Assembly: GCA_047285305.1 (NCBI GenBank)
Contig: JBJBDL010000003.1
Location: forward strand, 2,016,001-2,080,000
Direction: 5' to 3'
Origin: Synechococcus sp.
GTDB taxonomy: Bacteria; Cyanobacteriota; Cyanobacteriia; PCC-6307; Cyanobiaceae
Length of the DNA: 64,000 nt
Positions 60,502 to 64,000 of the stretch are shown in pieces; the first letter of the stretch is position 1, and each line of letters starts with the position of its first letter. The translations under genes and the position numbers were made by a program. The notes below the pieces were generated by a model that saw only the letters and a list, made by a program, of their open reading frames with translations, was not told the DNA's origin and searched no databases.

Positions 60502-61100
60502 ACCAAACCCAGCGCAAACGATTAACTGAGGTGATGCAAGGCATCCACCGACGCGGCTGGTGCGATGGCACCGGAGGGAACTTCAGCATGGTGCTGCAGC
60601 ATCAGCCCCTGCAATTGCTCATGGCACCTAGTGGTGTGGACAAGGGGCAGGTACCTGCCGATGAGCTGATTGTTGTGGATGGACAAGGCAAGGTTTTAAC
60701 GGGAAAGGGAAAAGCCAGTGCCGAAACAGCACTACATCTGCGCATAGTGGAAGCGACCCAAGCAGGAGCAGTACTGCACACACATTCCGTCCCCGGAACG
60801 GTGTTGTCCCGTCATTACGAAAACACAGGAGGGATTGCCTTGGAGGGCTGGGAAATGCTGAAAGGCCTGGTCGGAATCAACACCCACGCCAGCAGCATCA
60901 CCATCCCTGTGATCAGCAACAGTCAGTCAATGCATGAGCTGGGCGATGCCGTCGAACCCTTTTTGGAAACCTCGCCCTGCGGATTTCTCGTGGCCGGGCA
61001 CGGCCTCTACGCGTGGGGTGCTGACCTGGATGCGAGCAAACGACACCTGGAAATCCTGGAATTTCTCTTAAAAGTGAGATTGGCCCAAATGCAGATTTGA
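60492..61100 (+). CDS. mtnB: Methylthioribulose-1-phosphate dehydratase
   Basis: GW..GTGGNFS, APSGVDKG, SAETALH, LHTHS, GHGLYAWG. Confidence 0.92.
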   Translation: MTANQTQRKRLTEVMQGIHRRGWCDGTGGNFSMVLQHQPLQLLMAPSGVDKGQVPADELIVVDGQGKVLTGKGKASAETALHLRIVEATQAGAVLHTHSVPGTVLSRHYENTGGIALEGWEMLKGLVGINTHASSITIPVISNSQSMHELGDAVEPFLETSPCGFLVAGHGLYAWGADLDASKRHLEILEFLLKVRLAQMQI

Positions 61101-61105
61101 GATCA

Positions 61106-61858
61106 ATGATGAATCAACAACATCTTCTACTCGACATCGAAGGAACGACATGTCCAGTGAGCTTTGTCAGCAACGTTTTGTTCCCCTTCGCCAAGCAAGA
61201 ACTGAGCGACTACATCAAACAACATTGGGACCAGAGCCCTCACAACGAAGCAATCAAAGCCGCCAAAAAGGAATGGCTGGATGACCAATACCTCGGAAGT
61301 AACCAGATCAAACAGCAGGCCATGAAAGGTGAAACCGAGGAGATAGACGGGTTAATTCAATACCTCAAACACTTGATTAGCATCGACAAGAAATCGACGG
61401 CACTAAAAGATTTACAGGGAAAAATCTGGGAAGAAGGTTACAACAACGGAAAACTAAAATCTCAATTGTTTCCTGAAACTGCTGAATGCCTGCGTAAATG
61501 GCGCGAGCAAGGATTAACGTTATCCGTCTATTCATCGGGCAGCATTCAAGCTCAAAAACTGCTTTATAGGCACAGCCCTGCGGGTGACCTTGAAAAACTT
61601 TTCAGCCACTGGTTTGACACCCATACAGGGCCTAAAAAATCCACGGAAAGCTACACAACAATCGCTGAGCGACTCCAAAGCTCGCCCAACAAGATTTGGT
61701 TCGTGAGTGACAACGGGACTGAATGTGACTCCGCTCGTGCTGCAGGAATGCACACTCTCTTCAGCCTTCGCGATGGTAACCCTGACCGTGACCCACGGAA
61801 TCACACGGTGGTTCAATCACTCCGCGAGGTAAGTGCTTACCTAACAGCAGAACAATAG
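61106..61858 (+). CDS. mtnC: Enolase-phosphatase E1 (acireductone synthase)
   Basis: LLDIEGTT, KSTALKDLQGKIW, YSSGSIQAQKL, FDT..GPK. Confidence 0.93.
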   Translation: MMNQQHLLLDIEGTTCPVSFVSNVLFPFAKQELSDYIKQHWDQSPHNEAIKAAKKEWLDDQYLGSNQIKQQAMKGETEEIDGLIQYLKHLISIDKKSTALKDLQGKIWEEGYNNGKLKSQLFPETAECLRKWREQGLTLSVYSSGSIQAQKLLYRHSPAGDLEKLFSHWFDTHTGPKKSTESYTTIAERLQSSPNKIWFVSDNGTECDSARAAGMHTLFSLRDGNPDRDPRNHTVVQSLREVSAYLTAEQ

Positions 61859-61863
61859 CCAAC

Positions 61864-61895
61864 AAAAAAGCCACCTCGAGATGAGGTGGCTTCTT
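61864..61895. terminator. Bidirectional terminator between mtnC and the rRNA operon
   Basis: AAAAAAGCCACCTC-GAGAT-GAGGTGGCTTCTT. Confidence 0.75.
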
Positions 61896-61959
61896 CGTGG
61901 GTGGTGATGGTGATTGCTTCAGCAATCAGCGCATCATCAACCTATTCAGAGAATGTTTT

Positions 61960-62077
61960 ACCTGGCATCGAGCTATTTTCTCAGGGGGCTACCCCCCAAA
62001 TATCGTCGCCGCTGATGCGTTTCACAACCGAGTTCGGGATGGATCGGAGTGGGACCACACCGCCATGGACACCAGGA
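61960..62077 (-). rRNA. rrf: 5S rRNA
   Basis: Reverse complement TCCTGGTGTCCATGGCGGTGTGG...CCGAACTCGGTTGTGAAACGC...GATGCCAGGT. Confidence 0.96.
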
Positions 62078-62187
62078 TAGATAAACATTCCCAAGGGATG
62101 AACCCTGAGAACTGCATAGGATCTGCAGCGAATGCTGCACGTCTGAATCAAACAAAGAAATGAGTCTTCAGGCAAGAACCAAAATGT

Positions 62188-64000
<1,813 letters not shown>

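Overview
A 64-kb chromosomal window from a marine picocyanobacterium, most likely marine Synechococcus (GC-rich coding regions, D1:2-type psbA, psaE, CP12, Synechococcus-type gene order). It has three parts. (1) Core genes at 1-15.3 kb: sppA, aroH, rpmH-rnpA-yidC, ycf46-like AAA ATPase, serS, rseP, rpsN, pnp, cysQ, rsmI. (2) A genomic island from tRNA-Arg(TCT) at 15270 to about psbA (~29 kb). Its first 6.1 kb is bounded by an exact 23-bp duplication of the tRNA 3' end and carries a TerS-like gene, an excisionase-like HTH gene, chrA and many small ORFs, but no integrase (a tycheposon-like remnant). The island also holds two NtcA box + glutamine-II riboswitch + DUF4278 modules, a LexA box and a DnaA-box cluster. 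Its most notable feature is two diverged copies of a ~500-nt element with covarying stems, an internal 14-codon ORF behind a strong Shine-Dalgarno and a shared terminator; this is a candidate unannotated large structured RNA. (3) Core genes at 29-62 kb (psbA, ABC-F, CP12, obgE, mutS2, hemB, dnaJ, SulP, miaE, aroQ, tRNA-Tyr/Thr, glpK/glpD, GH13 enzymes, a LysM protein with tandem repeats, recQ, psaE, mutM, mtnABC), followed by the 5S gene and the 3' part of the 23S rRNA gene. All calls come from reading the sequence by eye; no database search was run.
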